Shown: positions 27,645-43,274 of the stretch, piece by piece
Numbering within the stretch: the stretch's first letter is position 1
Layout: each line of letters opens with the position of its first letter
NCBI RefSeq assembly: GCF_009914755.1
Contig: NC_060945.1
Direction: 5' to 3' (one strand)
DNA length: 64,000 nucleotides
Source: the human T2T-CHM13v2.0 reference genome, Homo sapiens
Notes under the pieces: model-generated
Told to the model about the DNA's origin: nothing
The model's database searches: none
What the model saw: the letters and a program-made list of their open reading frames with translations, nothing else
Program-made: the position numbers and the translations under genes

Positions 27645-27917
<273 letters not shown>

Positions 27918-28208
27918 TAGAGATTGTGCTGCCTACTTAACAGATTTGCTGAGTCCAAGGGGAAAATATAACTAGCGAATTATCTAAAAGATTGATATCA
28001 TATTACAAATAAACAGCTAAAAGCTGCCCTTGATTCCTGGATTATTATTTGAAATGACTTTAATCCCATTCCCAATAAAAAAATACAGACCTGTTTACAT
28101 TATTATGATTGGGATATGATCATGATTTATTAGCTTTTATTTCAATAGAACTGTTGTAACTTTACTTATTCTAACAAGAACATTTATGATGATTAGAACC
28201 TTGATCTT

Positions 28209-28941
28209 TTCTTTATCCAGCCTATCACTGATGGGCATTGAGCTTGGTTCCATGTCTTTGCTATCATGAATTGTGCTGCAATGATCATATGCGTGCATGT
28301 GTCTTTATAATAGAATGACTTATATTTCTCTGGGTATATACCAAGTAATAGGATTGCCTAATGAATGGCATTTCTGTCTTTAAGTCTTTGAGGACTAGCC
28401 ACACTGTCTTCCATAATGGATGAATGAATTTACACTTCCACCCAATAGTGTATAAGGGTTCTGTTTTCTCCACAACCTCACCAGTATCTGTTATTTTTTG
28501 ACTTTTGAAGAATAGCCATTCTGACTGGTGTTGGATAGTATCTCATTGTGATTTTGATTTGCATTTCACTAATAAACCGTAGAATACTATGCAGCCATAA
28601 AAAAGAAAAAAAGACCATGTTCTTTGCAGGGACATGGATGGAGCTGGAGGTCATTATCCTTAGCAAACTAACACAGAAACAGAAAACTAAGAACTGCATT
28701 TTCTCACTTATGAGTGGGACCTAAATGATGAGAACACACGGACACATGGAAGGGAACAACACACACTGGGGCTTTTTGGAGGGTGGAGCATGAGAGGAGG
28801 GAGAGGATTAGGAAAAACAAATAATAGATACTTGGCTTAATATCTGGGTGGTGACATAATCTGTACAATACAGCCCCACTACATGAATTTACCTATGTAA
28901 CAAATCTGAACTTGTACCCCTGAACTTAAAAGTTAAAAAAA
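28209..28941 (+). mobile_element. L1PA13-16-like element with inverted 5' part (twin priming)
   Basis: 28209 to about 28574 is antisense L1, about 28576-28941 is the sense 3' UTR; TSD agaaccttgatctt 28195-28208 / agaaccgtgacctt 28942-28955. Confidence 0.9.
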
Positions 28942-28955
28942 AGAACCGTGACCTT

Positions 28956-29592
28956 GCCATCATCAATAACTGTAACTTCTTTATAATCTCCATTTCATAG
29001 ATAGGACTTTCTGTCTATCAGATAAATTGAAAGGCATAGGTTTGCTATCTACTCAATCTCTCTAGTTTCCTGATTTCAACAATCTTTGACCCAGAAAAAC
29101 ATCTAATCCATTGGTTCCATCATCTTTTGACTGTCCTGTTCCCTCTGAATATTTTCTCACCATCTGTTTCTCAATTTGTTTCATGGTCAAACACTATAAT
29201 TAATCTGTTGCTTACAACTGCAAATCATTTTGCAGTATTAATTCTACAAAATCATTATCAAAAGCCAGTTAAATCTATCTTATTTCTAGTTTATGTATAC
29301 CCCTCCCCACAAGAAGCTGAATGAGAATGGAGCATGCACTCTACCCTGGCATTTCAAATTTTTCTTAACCTATTTTCCTTTCTTTTTTTAAAAAAAATTG
29401 TAATGCTTACTTTTCACTTTATAATATTGTACATAATATATTCTGTATATTGCTGATGACCTATTTATTATGTATATTTCAAGAATGCAATATCTCATGG
29501 GGTAAGAATCTTTGTTTTTTGTTCATTGATCTATTCCAAGATGCAGTTTCTGGTACCTAGTGGGTCACTCAATGTCTAATGTTGAAAAATAA
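28956..29592 (+). mobile_element. L2 fragments (ORF2 region and 3' end)
   Basis: catcatcaataactgtaac...; 3' terminus gttcattgatctattcc...ctggtacctagtgggtcactcaatg...tgttgaa. Confidence 0.6.
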
Positions 29593-31369
29593 ATTATGTA
29601 TTTGATATTTTTTCTTATTCTACACATTATCTTGGATATTTTAGAATATTGTTTCACATTAGCCACACAGACTACGAAGACTGATTTATTGTCCTACAGT
29701 TTCTCTAAGTTTTCTGTGTATAAAGTTCTAAGTCACATTTTCTTCTTATGCCTACTCTTTGTTCATGGTAGGTATGTATATATTACTGGGGAGAACTCTT
29801 GCAGTATTGCTATATCTGCTCTGACGAAGTCTTCTCATTTTTAGTTCTCCCTTACTTCTGGGTCATATCGTTTTCCAGAGAAGCATAATTATAAAGTACA
29901 GAAAAAATAATTTTTAGTATCATAGGAAAGATGTGAACTCATCATACTGTTAAGTTTTATTTTTATGTAAATGCACTTAATAGAAGTTTTTTCAGTGTTA
30001 ATCTAAGATTTTTTTTTAAATAAACTGTGTAACTTACTTCTTTTTAACTCTTATTCAGTCTTTGCTTGACATAATAAAGACCTAGGTTATAAAAATATTG
30101 AAAGATACATAGGTGAGGTATGACCTAATATTATTTGCATCTAGATCCATCTCTAAAATTAGAGTCTTTTAGTCTTAGACTAAAAATCATAATCAGTGAG
30201 TATATATTCATAACTACAAAGCTCTTTATAATATTTTGAATTTGCCCACATAATTATTTCAGAATATTTTTACAGAATTGCTCAGGGGTTTAAGACAACT
30301 TCAGAAAAAGTAGCATAAGCAGATTAATTGCTCCGAGATTTTGTAATTATATAGAACTGTTCTTAATTAGTGGAAATCAGTAAGAAGCCTGTCCTGAGTA
30401 ACAGAATGTACTGAATAGCAATATCCTTTACTTGTATCCACCATGTCTTTTTCTACTCCTATTTTATGCATAATAAATTAGAAGTGAATTAAATGAAGTG
30501 AAAACTCGTTTCTTGATGGAGTAGAATACTTAACATTCCTATTTTTGTCTTAAAATTATGTAATTTAAAAAAGTATTGACAAGTTAGTAATGTCAGTAGA
30601 AAAATCAGTCTAAGTACTTTTAAGAAAGTGATTAGTTGCTTTACTACTTAGTGGTTAGATGCAGGCTTATTCAGAACAACTTCACAGACTAAATCTCTTC
30701 CTAAAATACGAAGTTCTAGGGAGTAGGCAAATGTCAGTGTCTTGAACATAAATAGGCTAATATAAAGGACTTTCATATTTGCTAAACTAATTACTTCTGA
30801 CTTAATCTATATCTCTCAAAGTTCTGAACTTCATAGAAAAATAGCAATATACTCCCAGGTTGAAATATCATGTTTAATTCTGAAAGTATTTGCTGCATAT
30901 CTTTAAGTACAGAGTCACTGACTGCACTAATTACCTTTCTCAGACAGAAACAGAGATTTCTCAGTAGATGCCAGCAGGAATAGGTTCTAATAGGTTATGA
31001 ATAGAGGATTAAATTGTAGAAGCACATAGTCCACCTTCCCATTGCCTTCCATGATTTTTGCCACAACTTAAAAATAACATAGAACTTGGAGTGGGTGCCC
31101 TAAAATGATCAATATTTTAATTCTTAACTACATAATACATTGAAGATTCAAAAGATAAATTAAATTCAATTACTGAAGAATATAAAAACAATAATGATTG
31201 AATATCTGAAATTGCATTGTAAAAATGCATACCTTTACAAAAATGTTAGGCATTCCTCCAGAGTGAATTCATAAAGAATAGGTGAAGCAATGGAAAGAGT
31301 ATTTGACAGTTTAACAAAGATTGGAAATGTAAAATCTGAAAGACAATTTTAAAAAGCTAGGCGTATAAA

Positions 31370-32110
31370 AATTAAGGAAAAGATAAGCCAATGACAGGGA
31401 AGAGTTCTTGCAAAAACCCTGAAGTAGGAATGAGCTTGATTTATTCAAGAGAATAATTGAACATTAGGGCTTTTGAACATAATTATAGAGGAGAAAAACG
31501 AAGCGGTGGAGAAGTAGGGAGTCATTAGCAGATATTAAAATCTGAGGTTTTCTAAAATTTAGAGATGGTAGCATAGGGGAAAGGAACTTAGAAAAGCTAT
31601 TGAGATGAAGCAGCCAGTGAGGATAGAAAAAAAAAGAGGACATTAAGAGATGATGTTTCAAGTAAAATGAAAATGGTCTCCTCTGTAATGTGGCTGAACA
31701 TTCAAATGAGACAAGATAAACGAAGTGGTAACTGGAATATATATATTCCTCCAACAAAGCTCATTGTCAAGTATAAGATTTTTAAAAATGAAGGTTGATC
31801 GAGAAGATTTGAAAGTTTACTATGAATGAAAGAATATTAGAGCCAAATAGGTGCCATAAAAATAGCTTGAGTGACAGATCTATACTGCATAGAAACATGA
31901 AGTATAGTTTATAAGGGAAAATAGTCCAGATAATTAGGTCTATGATGAAACAAGGGGGTTGGATGTTGAAGGACAACTAAAGCTAAGATGTTTGGTAGGC
32001 AGCAAGTGTGGACACTGAGGTTAGCTTGAGTAATGGCAGCAGTTTTAGTGAAGAGGGTTTTAAGTCAAGTGTCTAGTTGTCCATGGAAGAGAGAGTTTGG
32101 CCAGAAGTTA
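31370..32110 (-). mobile_element. L2 fragment
   Basis: tgcaaaaaccctgaagtaggaatgagcttg...; gaagcagccagtgaggatagaa...; tggctgaacattcaaatgagacaaga. Confidence 0.6.
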
Positions 32111-33543
32111 GAGAGGGGACAACAAACAGAAGATTGTAGGATGGAAGAGAGGTTTTGTTAAGTTTTATAAAAAGAAGAGTACTAGTATAGAAATTGCAAT
32201 GTAGAAAGATGGAAGTATGCTACCACTTACGTGCTTCTGTGATTGGGAGAAAAAGAGAATCTTTTTTTAGAGAAACCTTCAAAAGGAGAGTTATTTCTGG
32301 AACTCTTAGATTATAGAATAAACTTTATAAGTATGTGGCATGGAAAATGTTACTCATATTAACACCCACTCCTCTTTGTGTCTGCCTTCCTGCTACACTC
32401 ACGGTAGGGCAAGAAATAGGGGTAGGCTCCAAGGTGGTTTCTAGTCATTTCTCTGTCCTTTAAATTATCCTTCATTCAAGCATAATATTTGAAAAACATG
32501 TCTATAAAATTACTTTGTTTTGTTGCATGTATATGTGTGTTTCTGTGTAATCATGCCATTTATTTTAATTATAAAAATATTCACGTTTTCAATAACAGAA
32601 TTCTTGAATTATATGTTTGTTGTGGTGAGAAATGTTTGTTAGAATTCAGAATGCTAAAAATATTTATAGTGACAATTATTCTACAATTTAAATTTAAATA
32701 GTATGAATTTTTCTCTTCAATTAAGTAGTGTGCAATAAAATTTAACACATGCTTAGAAAGCAATTACCATCATATAAGAAGGAATGGGAATATTTTAATT
32801 GGTTTGTGAATTACTTTTTCTAAATAGTACAATCATTTTTCTTTTGAAATGAGGTTAAAAAACCAAAATCTAAGCTAACTATATGTAGTTATGTCCTAGA
32901 TATCTTTGTTTAATGCATTGTTATAATTATGCTGAATAATCAAAGAACAATAGGAAATTTGAAAGACTGATGAATAGAATACTATTTTAAGTCAAACAAT
33001 TATTGACTTATTTGTATTCTTTGTGGTTTCACCAAACTAATTTTCACCTTTTACTTACTTGAACTATAATGGGGACACCTAACTTATTTTAGCTGTGTAG
33101 ATTAATTCCATTTAACACTCTTTCTCAAATACTTGTAGACTTCCATTTTTATCTCATAATTATTACCATAATTGAAGATAACTCCTATAAATTATTTATT
33201 GTGGTGATCTACAGATATAGTGGGGAAAATGTATTACATTGAGCAATATAATGTCTATAATATATGTAGGATAATTTACTACATAAGATTTCTAAATATT
33301 ACTTTCTGTTATGAACAAATTATTGTTACGTAAGACCTGTCAGGTCATTTGGGGAATCACCTAGCCATGCAGGACCATTACCTACAGTATTATTTTCCAG
33401 GAAACTGTGAATTTCTAAATAATTCAACTGCTAAGTCTCATATATTTTCTAATTCACAATATTTAGTAACTAGAGAATTGCATCATCTACCTATAAAAGA
33501 ACACCAGAGACAGAACACATTCTCTTTCTTCTTACACAAACAT

Positions 33544-33790
33544 TTCCCCAGCTTTATTGACATATAGTTGACAAGGTATATAATGTATACTTGATAAAAT
33601 TATATAAATTTGAGGTGCACATAATGATTAGATATACATATATATTTTGAAATGATGATCACAATCAATTATTTAACACATCCATCACCTCATATAGTTA
33701 TCTTTATTTTTTCTTGGGTGTGGTGAGATTATTTAAGATCCATTCTCTTAGCAAATTTCAGGTATAAAATACAGTATTATTAACTATAAT
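33544..33790 (-). mobile_element. L1MA8/9 3' tip
   Basis: cagctttattgacatatagttgac...acatccatcacctcatatagtta...ctcttagcaaatttcaggtataaaatacagtattattaactata. Confidence 0.85.
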
Positions 33791-34644
33791 ACTTGGAAAG
33801 CGACTTTATAGCAGAGAAAAACATTTTATAGTGATATTGATAAAGCAAATTATTTAAAATAAGCTAATTTTACCTTCCTCTCCTAAGGTGGCATAGGCGC
33901 ACACAATAAATGTAGACATTAGCACACAATTGTTCTGGTGATATCCTATTTGGGAGAGATTTTTAAGGTCACAAAGTCTAACATTGCAGTGTTTTTTGCA
34001 TCTTATAAACATCTCACTCCAGCCTTAGCTGCAACTCTTCTAAACACTAAATGTTCTACTCTTAAGAGACAAGGTCACTGGATTCAATCTACATATTGTT
34101 ATTGCATGTATTTTCTTCCTCCATTGAATCATGCCAAATATTTCTAATTTTCTAAATAATTATATTTAAAAAGTCATAGACTTGTAAGTGCTTTCTTCCT
34201 CTAGCCATCGTACTACCATCTCCTCTACCATTTCCTAAATTTTATGGCTCTAATTGTTTACATCACCCTTAAACCAATTTTCCAGCTGAAAATAATCAGC
34301 ACAGAAAATAGTTCAGTTATTATCTGTCTCCCTTCTTAACAATATATGGTTTTCCGCACAATTTTCCATTGTTAGACTCTTAGAATATTATTTCATTTTC
34401 TAGGCACCCTAAATTAAGACAGCTAATATTATATTACTGTCATGCAATCTAGTTTCTAGATTTAATCATTTGAGGGGGAATGAGTTGGGTTTCTTTTTCC
34501 ATGTCCACCTTCTCCGTGGTTCCAGGTAATTGCTACCATACAATTGACATTGGTTCAGTGATCTCATCTACAAGTTCTTTCAGTGCATTAGGGGCAAATA
34601 TTTTGTCCTTTGCCTTGAACTGATTTAGAAAGCTAGTTGCTCTT

Positions 34645-34927
34645 GGCTGGGCATGGCGGCTCACACCTGTCATTCCAGCACTTTGGAAGGCCGAGGTGGA
34701 AGGATCACTTGAGGTCAGGAATTTGAGACCAGCCTGGCCAACATGGTGAAAACCTGTCTCTACTGAAGATACAAAACTTAGCTGGGCATGGTGGCGGGCG
34801 CCTGTAATCCCAGCTAAGTAGGAGGCTGATGCATGAGAATCTCTTGACCTCTGGATGGGGAGGTTGCAGTGAGCTGAGATTGCGTCGCAGCACTCCAGCC
34901 TGAGTGACAGAGCGACTCCATCTCAAA
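34645..34927 (+). mobile_element. AluS (Sx/Sz-like), tail reduced to AAA
   Basis: Full dimer; flanking agttgctc at 34635-34642 and 34935-34942. Confidence 0.95.
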
Positions 34928-34952
34928 CCCTTAAAGTTGCTCAATTGCTTTG

Positions 34953-35086
34953 TTTGTTTGTTTGTTTTTCATAGAGATTTGGTTTCACCATGTGCAGGCT
35001 GGTTTCGAACTCCTGAGCGCAAGCAATCCACTGGCCTCGTCCTCCCAAAGTGCTGGGATTATAGGAGTGAGCCACCACGCCTGGCC
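34953..35086 (-). mobile_element. FLAM_C-like Alu left monomer
   Basis: (TTTG)n tail; gaactcctgagcgcaagcaatcc; perfect 13-bp TSD ctcaattgctttg 34940-34952 / 35088-35100. Confidence 0.92.
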
Positions 35087-35789
35087 TCTCAATTGCTTTG
35101 AATAAGTGTTTTCTTATCAATACTGTTCTACTACTTTTTATTTGGATATAATTGATAGAAACAAATTATACCTAAATAAAGAGTGGAGGGAAATAGACTT
35201 GACAGATTTATAGATTTATTGCTGTTTTAGTCTTTAACATCTTACCATGTATTACAAGCAACAGATTTAGGACTGTAGTGTTCTTTCTTTTTTCCTCCAA
35301 ATAGAGTCAAGAAAATCTTCTCCTATCCTTTGAATTTTTGCAAGTAGTAATTTAATCTGGGTTTCTATTCTCTGAACACTATTCTTAGGAGTTTATAGCA
35401 TTCTTGTTCAATGTAACTGTGCCCTCTTTGTTCTTCTTTGTTGTTTTTCCAGAGCCTCATGTTATACATAATAATATATTTAAGTAATCCATCTTTTCTT
35501 CCTCATTTTCCAATTTGAAATTGCATTATTACATTATCAGAATATCATTTTAAGGAGCTTTATAATTTTTTATGTGATCTTCTCTTTAAACCTAGATTTT
35601 ACTTTTAGAACCATATTTTCTCTGAAAGTTCTGAAGACTGTCATTTCTTATAATTTCCTGTCTTGGGTATTAATAGTAGTAAATCATTGTAGATTTGTTT
35701 TAGTATCTATTAGAAGCCAGTTGCTAATTGACAGTAAATAGTAAATGTTGTGCCCATATAGTAATTATTACCTTCTTTATTGTTTCAAC

Positions 35790-36099
35790 TTTTATTTTTA
35801 TTTTTATTTTTATTTTTTGAGACGGAGTCTCGCTCTGTCACCCGGGCTGGAGTGCTGTGGTGCGATCTCTGCTCACTGCAACCTCTGCCTCCTGAGTTCC
35901 AGCAATTTCCGTGCCTCAGCCTCCGGAGTCGCTGGAATTACAGGCGCCGGCCACCATGTCTGGCTAATTTTTGTATTTTTAGTAGAGAGTGGGTTTCACT
36001 ATGTTGGCCAGGTTGGTCTCGAGCTCCTGAACTCAGTGATCTGCGCACCTCGGCCTCCCAAAGTGCTGGGATTACAGGCATGAGCCCCTGTCCCCGGCC
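35790..36099 (-). mobile_element. AluS (Sx-like)
   Basis: Full dimer with (TTTTTA)n tail. Confidence 0.95.
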
Positions 36100-36496
36100 C
36101 AATCCGCCTAAAATCTCTTAGTTCATTCTTATGTTTTCTATTTTTTCTTATTTAATTAATTTACATATTCTTATTCGATTTTATCTGGCAAATAAATTCC
36201 TTATCTAAAGTTCATTTGGCTTTAACTGTATTAGTTTTGATACTGATTCTCGCTAAATGTGTCTAGTTTCCTTTTGTGTTACAGATTTTTTAATTGTGAG
36301 CTCCTTTACTGCAGTCTTTTTCTATACGTAATTAATAGAAATTTATTTCACGTTTCTTCAGACAGAATTTTTTTTTTCCTTTGAGACACCAAATTTCTAT
36401 CAAAATGGTACCACTTTATGTCAATGTCTGGTCTTGGGGTTTTCTAAAACAAATACACCACAGAAATTTGAGGCTGAAATTTAAGTGAGAGTTTGA

Positions 36497-36840
<344 letters not shown>

Positions 36841-37024
36841 ATTTTCCTTATGAATAGATTACTTTTTCGTAGTATATATACCCTTTTACTAAAAGAGTAA
36901 CCATTCCAGTATGATAGCGTTATCTTAGAAGTATCTAATATCCAGATCCCCCCACCCCCGCCCATTGCATGGAAACCACTCTTTGTCCTTTTATCCTGTC
37001 TTTGTGACACACTTAAGAACTCAA

Positions 37025-37616
37025 GGCTCTTTGAAAAACAGTTTTTCAACACTTAAGATGGCTAAACACAGTTATAATATGATCAGGCAATTCCATTTCT
37101 AGATATATACCCAAGGGAAAATTAAAACATATGTCCACACAAAAATTTAAGTGTTCCTAGCAGCATTATTCATAATAGGTCACATTCACATCAACTGATG
37201 TGTAAACAAAATGTAGTTTATCCATACAATAGTATATTATTTGAAATGAAATAAAGTATTGATACATGCTACAATGTGATAAATCTTGTAAACATTATGA
37301 TAAGTGAAAGAAGCCTGTTCACAATGGCCACATACTGTACAGTTCCCATTTATACAATATGAAATGTCCAAATTAGGCAAATCTGTAGAAGCGGAAAGTA
37401 GATTAGTGGTTGCTATGACTTGAGGTTGAGAGAAGGGACAGTTGAGGTGAGGGCTGAAGGATAAACGGGTTATGTGGGTGTAAATGAAAATATTCTAAAA
37501 CTGATTGTGGCGATAGTTGTACCATTCCGTTAACATTCTAAAAGTCATTGGATCGCACACTTTAAATGGGTGGATTCTATGGTAAGTGAATTATATTTCA
37601 ATAAAGCTGTTAAAAA
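37025..37616 (+). mobile_element. L1MB7/8-like 3' end
   Basis: aaaacatatgtccacacaaaaa...gaaagtagattagtggttgc...gtgaattatatttcaataaagctgttaaaaa. Confidence 0.85.
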
Positions 37617-37767
37617 CGTTATCTACTTTCATATTATTTTTAAGAGATATTCTCTTCTCTGAAATAATTCAGTTTAGCAAATTTATTCTCAAAAATTTAC
37701 AAATGTTGGATTAAAACAGAACTACTATATATTTAAATAAGCTCCACCCTTTCTATAACAAATGAAT

Positions 37768-37850
37768 AGCTAGATAGATTGATAGATGAAAGACAGATAG
37801 GTAGATAGGGAGATAGATAAGATAGATAGATAGCTATAAAGAGATATAGA
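37768..37850 (+). repeat. Degenerate (GATA)n
   Basis: Directly visible. Confidence 0.8.
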
Positions 37851-38182
37851 CCAAAACAAATGAAGAGATGAAGTTGTGTCTAATGGCTTAGGGCTTAATG
37901 CAACTTCCAGTATTCATGCTCTGATAAGTGAATGCTAAATCTTGTAGCTGGAAAAATGAGAATGTAAAATAGATACAAAAACACAATAGAAGCAAAATAT
38001 AACTCAATATGCCAATCACTTTGTGAGTTGGAGGTGTTGCTTGGACATTAAATGAAGATTTTCATCAGGCACTTAGAAATATGATATATAGAAAAGAGGT
38101 CAAAACAAGAAGCAGTTCAAGGGAATTTGTGCTTTCCAAGTGTCACATAATGTCATCATATACTACATAGTAAAATATTATT

Positions 38183-38535
<353 letters not shown>

Positions 38536-39183
38536 TTAATAGTTTATAGTAAGTTAATAGTAATAGTAAATGTAATATAAGAAATACTCTATCAAAGATT
38601 CAGGCTTATTTATTTAAAAATAAATTCAGAAGCATTGCTTAGAAAAATCAGGTGGTTTATGGTGTAGTCTCCATAATGAGTCCAACAAATGGTGCTATTT
38701 ATTAGAACATACTGTTATTCAATGTTATTCAGCACCTCTGTGGCCCACTGAGATCTACTACATGGCTTACAGTAAAACTCATGATCGAAACTTTGTGCTT
38801 TGCTTCTTATTCTCCAACTCTTCATATCTAATGGCAGTAAATTATATTTAAAAATTGTTTTTATAATGAATTTAGTATCTGTATAGCCATATATTTTTCA
38901 AAATATAATGGTAGACTCATCTTTTGTTTTTATTTCTTGGAATCTATAATGAGGCATCAACAAACATACCTGACAAGAAATACAGGTTTGCGCAAAACAA
39001 ATTCCATCACAAGAATGAATAAAATTCTCATTAGAAAAGTTAAAGGATCCCTAGGCCTGCTGACTGAAACACACTAACAAAGACAAACGTAAACAAAGAA
39101 CGGGCAGTGAGAAATTTGGCGATTTAGTCACCAAATACAGAAAAAAATAAGATAAACATGGGCAACTGTTTTCAGCAGTCGTC

Positions 39184-39500
39184 TGTGGTAGGTTACATCA
39201 TTGTGGAGCAGATATTCACTCCCTTTCCTTCCTACATGGGGGGAGTGTTCTTTCCCATCCCTTCTTTTGTCCTGGACATTTTCCATGAGAAGAGCATGTC
39301 TTTGGCAGCCATCCCCTTGTCAGATTGAGTTCTGATTGGGAAGACTGGTGGAATCGAGCTGAATCCAGTCTGCAACCTGGAGGAAAATCATTAGGGTCAT
39401 CTGCAGGTATGATACTGAAAAATAAATTTTAATCAGTATATATTACAGAAATTTTAGCTTACCTTTTGTAGCACTGCTGCAGCTAAAGATAACTAATTCA
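39184..39500 (+). mobile_element. MLT1I/J-like MaLR solo LTR
   Basis: tgtggtaggtt...ccatgagaagagcatgtc...aataaa...gataactaattca; 5-bp TSD tcgtc/acgtc. Confidence 0.7.
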
Positions 39501-40320
39501 ACGTCTAAAACTATGGCTAAGACACTAGAAGAGATAACATCTTAACTAAAAGAGCTAAAATATTCTGCTCTTATTGGCAATTGCTTATTTTATGCAAAGA
39601 TGGATACATCAAATCATCTTATCTTAATATCAGAAAATATTTAATAATTTTCTTTGTTCTAGTCACGTTTTTAAGGAGTCTACTGATATAACGTGGCTAC
39701 TCATGTGGTGGAAAACAATGGTAAATGTGTTATCCTAAAATCAAAATATACACTGTTACCTGCAAATTTTTTTTTTTTAATTTGGAAGGAATAAAAAAAA
39801 ATTCAGTCTCATATTCTTGGCAAAATTTTCTGCTCAACATGTGAATTTATTCTTAACTTGAAGACCATATCAGATTTCAGGGCGTGCAGGACTGAAAATC
39901 AAACTTGAGAATGTGTTAAGTTTTCCAAGGCAACTAATGATCAACTGTACTTGATTCCAGTTTTAGCTATGGGCCAAGAGAAAATAGCTTATTTTTCTAT
40001 ACCATAGAAGCATAAATTATTATAGAAAACAACTCTGTAAATTGAGAAATTCTGATATGTCAGTGAAGTGTTAAATGTTGTATATATATTATTACTAGTA
40101 TTTTCTTATTTTCGATCTACAAATATGTAAATTTTTGTTTAATAACGTTTTAAAAAGGTTTGATTCACTAATCAAATTTATGACTTAATCTGAACCAGGG
40201 CATGTAAACAAATAAACAAAAAGGGTAGTTGGAAGGAGCCTTACAAAAGATTTGGATAAAAGAAAATATCTCTGCAGAATTTCATTTGCTGTTCTGCTAA
40301 ATTTAAGGCCATCTGTGTGT

Positions 40321-40323
<3 letters not shown>

Positions 40324-40366
<43 letters not shown>
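40324..40366 (+). repeat. (TG)21 microsatellite
   Basis: Perfect run; likely length-polymorphic and Z-DNA prone. Confidence 0.97.
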
Positions 40367-40368
<2 letters not shown>

Positions 40369-41369
40369 TTTCCTCAAAATTTGACAGAAGGCCCAATGTA
40401 ATCTTATAAATTAAGAGCTGTACAATATTGAGCTCAACAAAGTGGCTATTGTGAGCCTGAACAGAAGCTCTGTATTTTTGAATCTGTGGTTTTTTTTTAA
40501 CACTCAATTTTGGTTTGGGTTTTGGGGGATAAGAAAATCATAGGAACTAGTCCTCTATTTTTCTTGTTTCGCAAAACAGGACTGCCTGACATCTACCTAC
40601 CTGCAATTGGCTTCTTCTTCAAGTCTCCACGGTCTTGTCCAGAACCACATTATGACATCCTCATTTGAAAAAGGGTTTGGGTGTAGAATAGAATCCATGA
40701 TCAATCATGCTCTATTCTAAATTGCTATATATTCAAAATAATGTTATATCTAAATGTGGATTTATTTGATTATTTTATTCTCATAGGTCCATTATCTCAG
40801 ATTTGGCTACAATATTTTGAGAATGAGAAAGAGACTTTCAGATCAGGAATATCCAGAAAAATAAATGAGTTTATGAGAATCATTTTTCAGTGGTCTCTGC
40901 GAAATTAAGAGTCTGCCTACAATTATTTAAGAGAGAAAATAAAGTGCGTTAAATAAATTAGTGAACACACAATTTATGTCAAATTCTTCCAAAGCTCTCA
41001 AAAGTTTAGATCTTTACACAATTTTGAACATTGGCTATAAACAATATCATTCAGGACTGGTTAAATCTATGTAAGACTAAGGTAGGATCTGTTATCAACA
41101 AATATATTGTATATCAGCTCTAATTTAGTGAATTTTGTTCAAGGATGAAATTAAATACAATGATTAAATAATTAAAATAAAGATAATAAGCAATCTGTTA
41201 TGGGTTATTCAATATATATGTTATTAATGTGAAGACTGACTTTTGTTTTATAATTTTTATAGAAAATTTGTTTTAAAGGAGATTATATAAACATAGTAGA
41301 TGATGTTTTATGAGAGACATGGTGTTATGTTTTGTGGTCATGTCATTGAACTATAATTGAATACATTAC

Positions 41370-42687
<1,318 letters not shown>

Positions 42688-42732
42688 TAAATTACTTATT
42701 ATAATGGAATAAAAACATTAATATAAAACTTT

Positions 42733-42860
42733 AAAAAAATGAGTTAACATAATAATTGTACATCTTTATGAGGTAATATAAGTTTACATGTATATATTGT
42801 GTAGTCATCAAACCATGGTAATTAGCATATCCATCACCTTCAACAATTATTGTGCCTTTG
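42733..42860 (-). mobile_element. L1MA4-6-like 3' tip (about 130 bp) abutting the U2 fragment
   Basis: acataataattgtacatctttatgaggta...tgtatatattgtgtagtcatcaaaccatggtaattagcatatccatcacc. Confidence 0.85.

Positions 42861-43274
<414 letters not shown>

Larger units (their letters stand above)
34330..35500 (-). mobile_element. L3/CR1 ORF2 relic, interrupted by two Alus
   Basis: Reverse translation of 34539-34586 gives [16 protein letters not shown], similar to the CR1 ORF2 motif VLKELADVIAEPLSII; weaker CR1-like stretches on both sides (QIKLLLAK...FLDSIWRKK near 35.3 kb). Confidence 0.6.
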
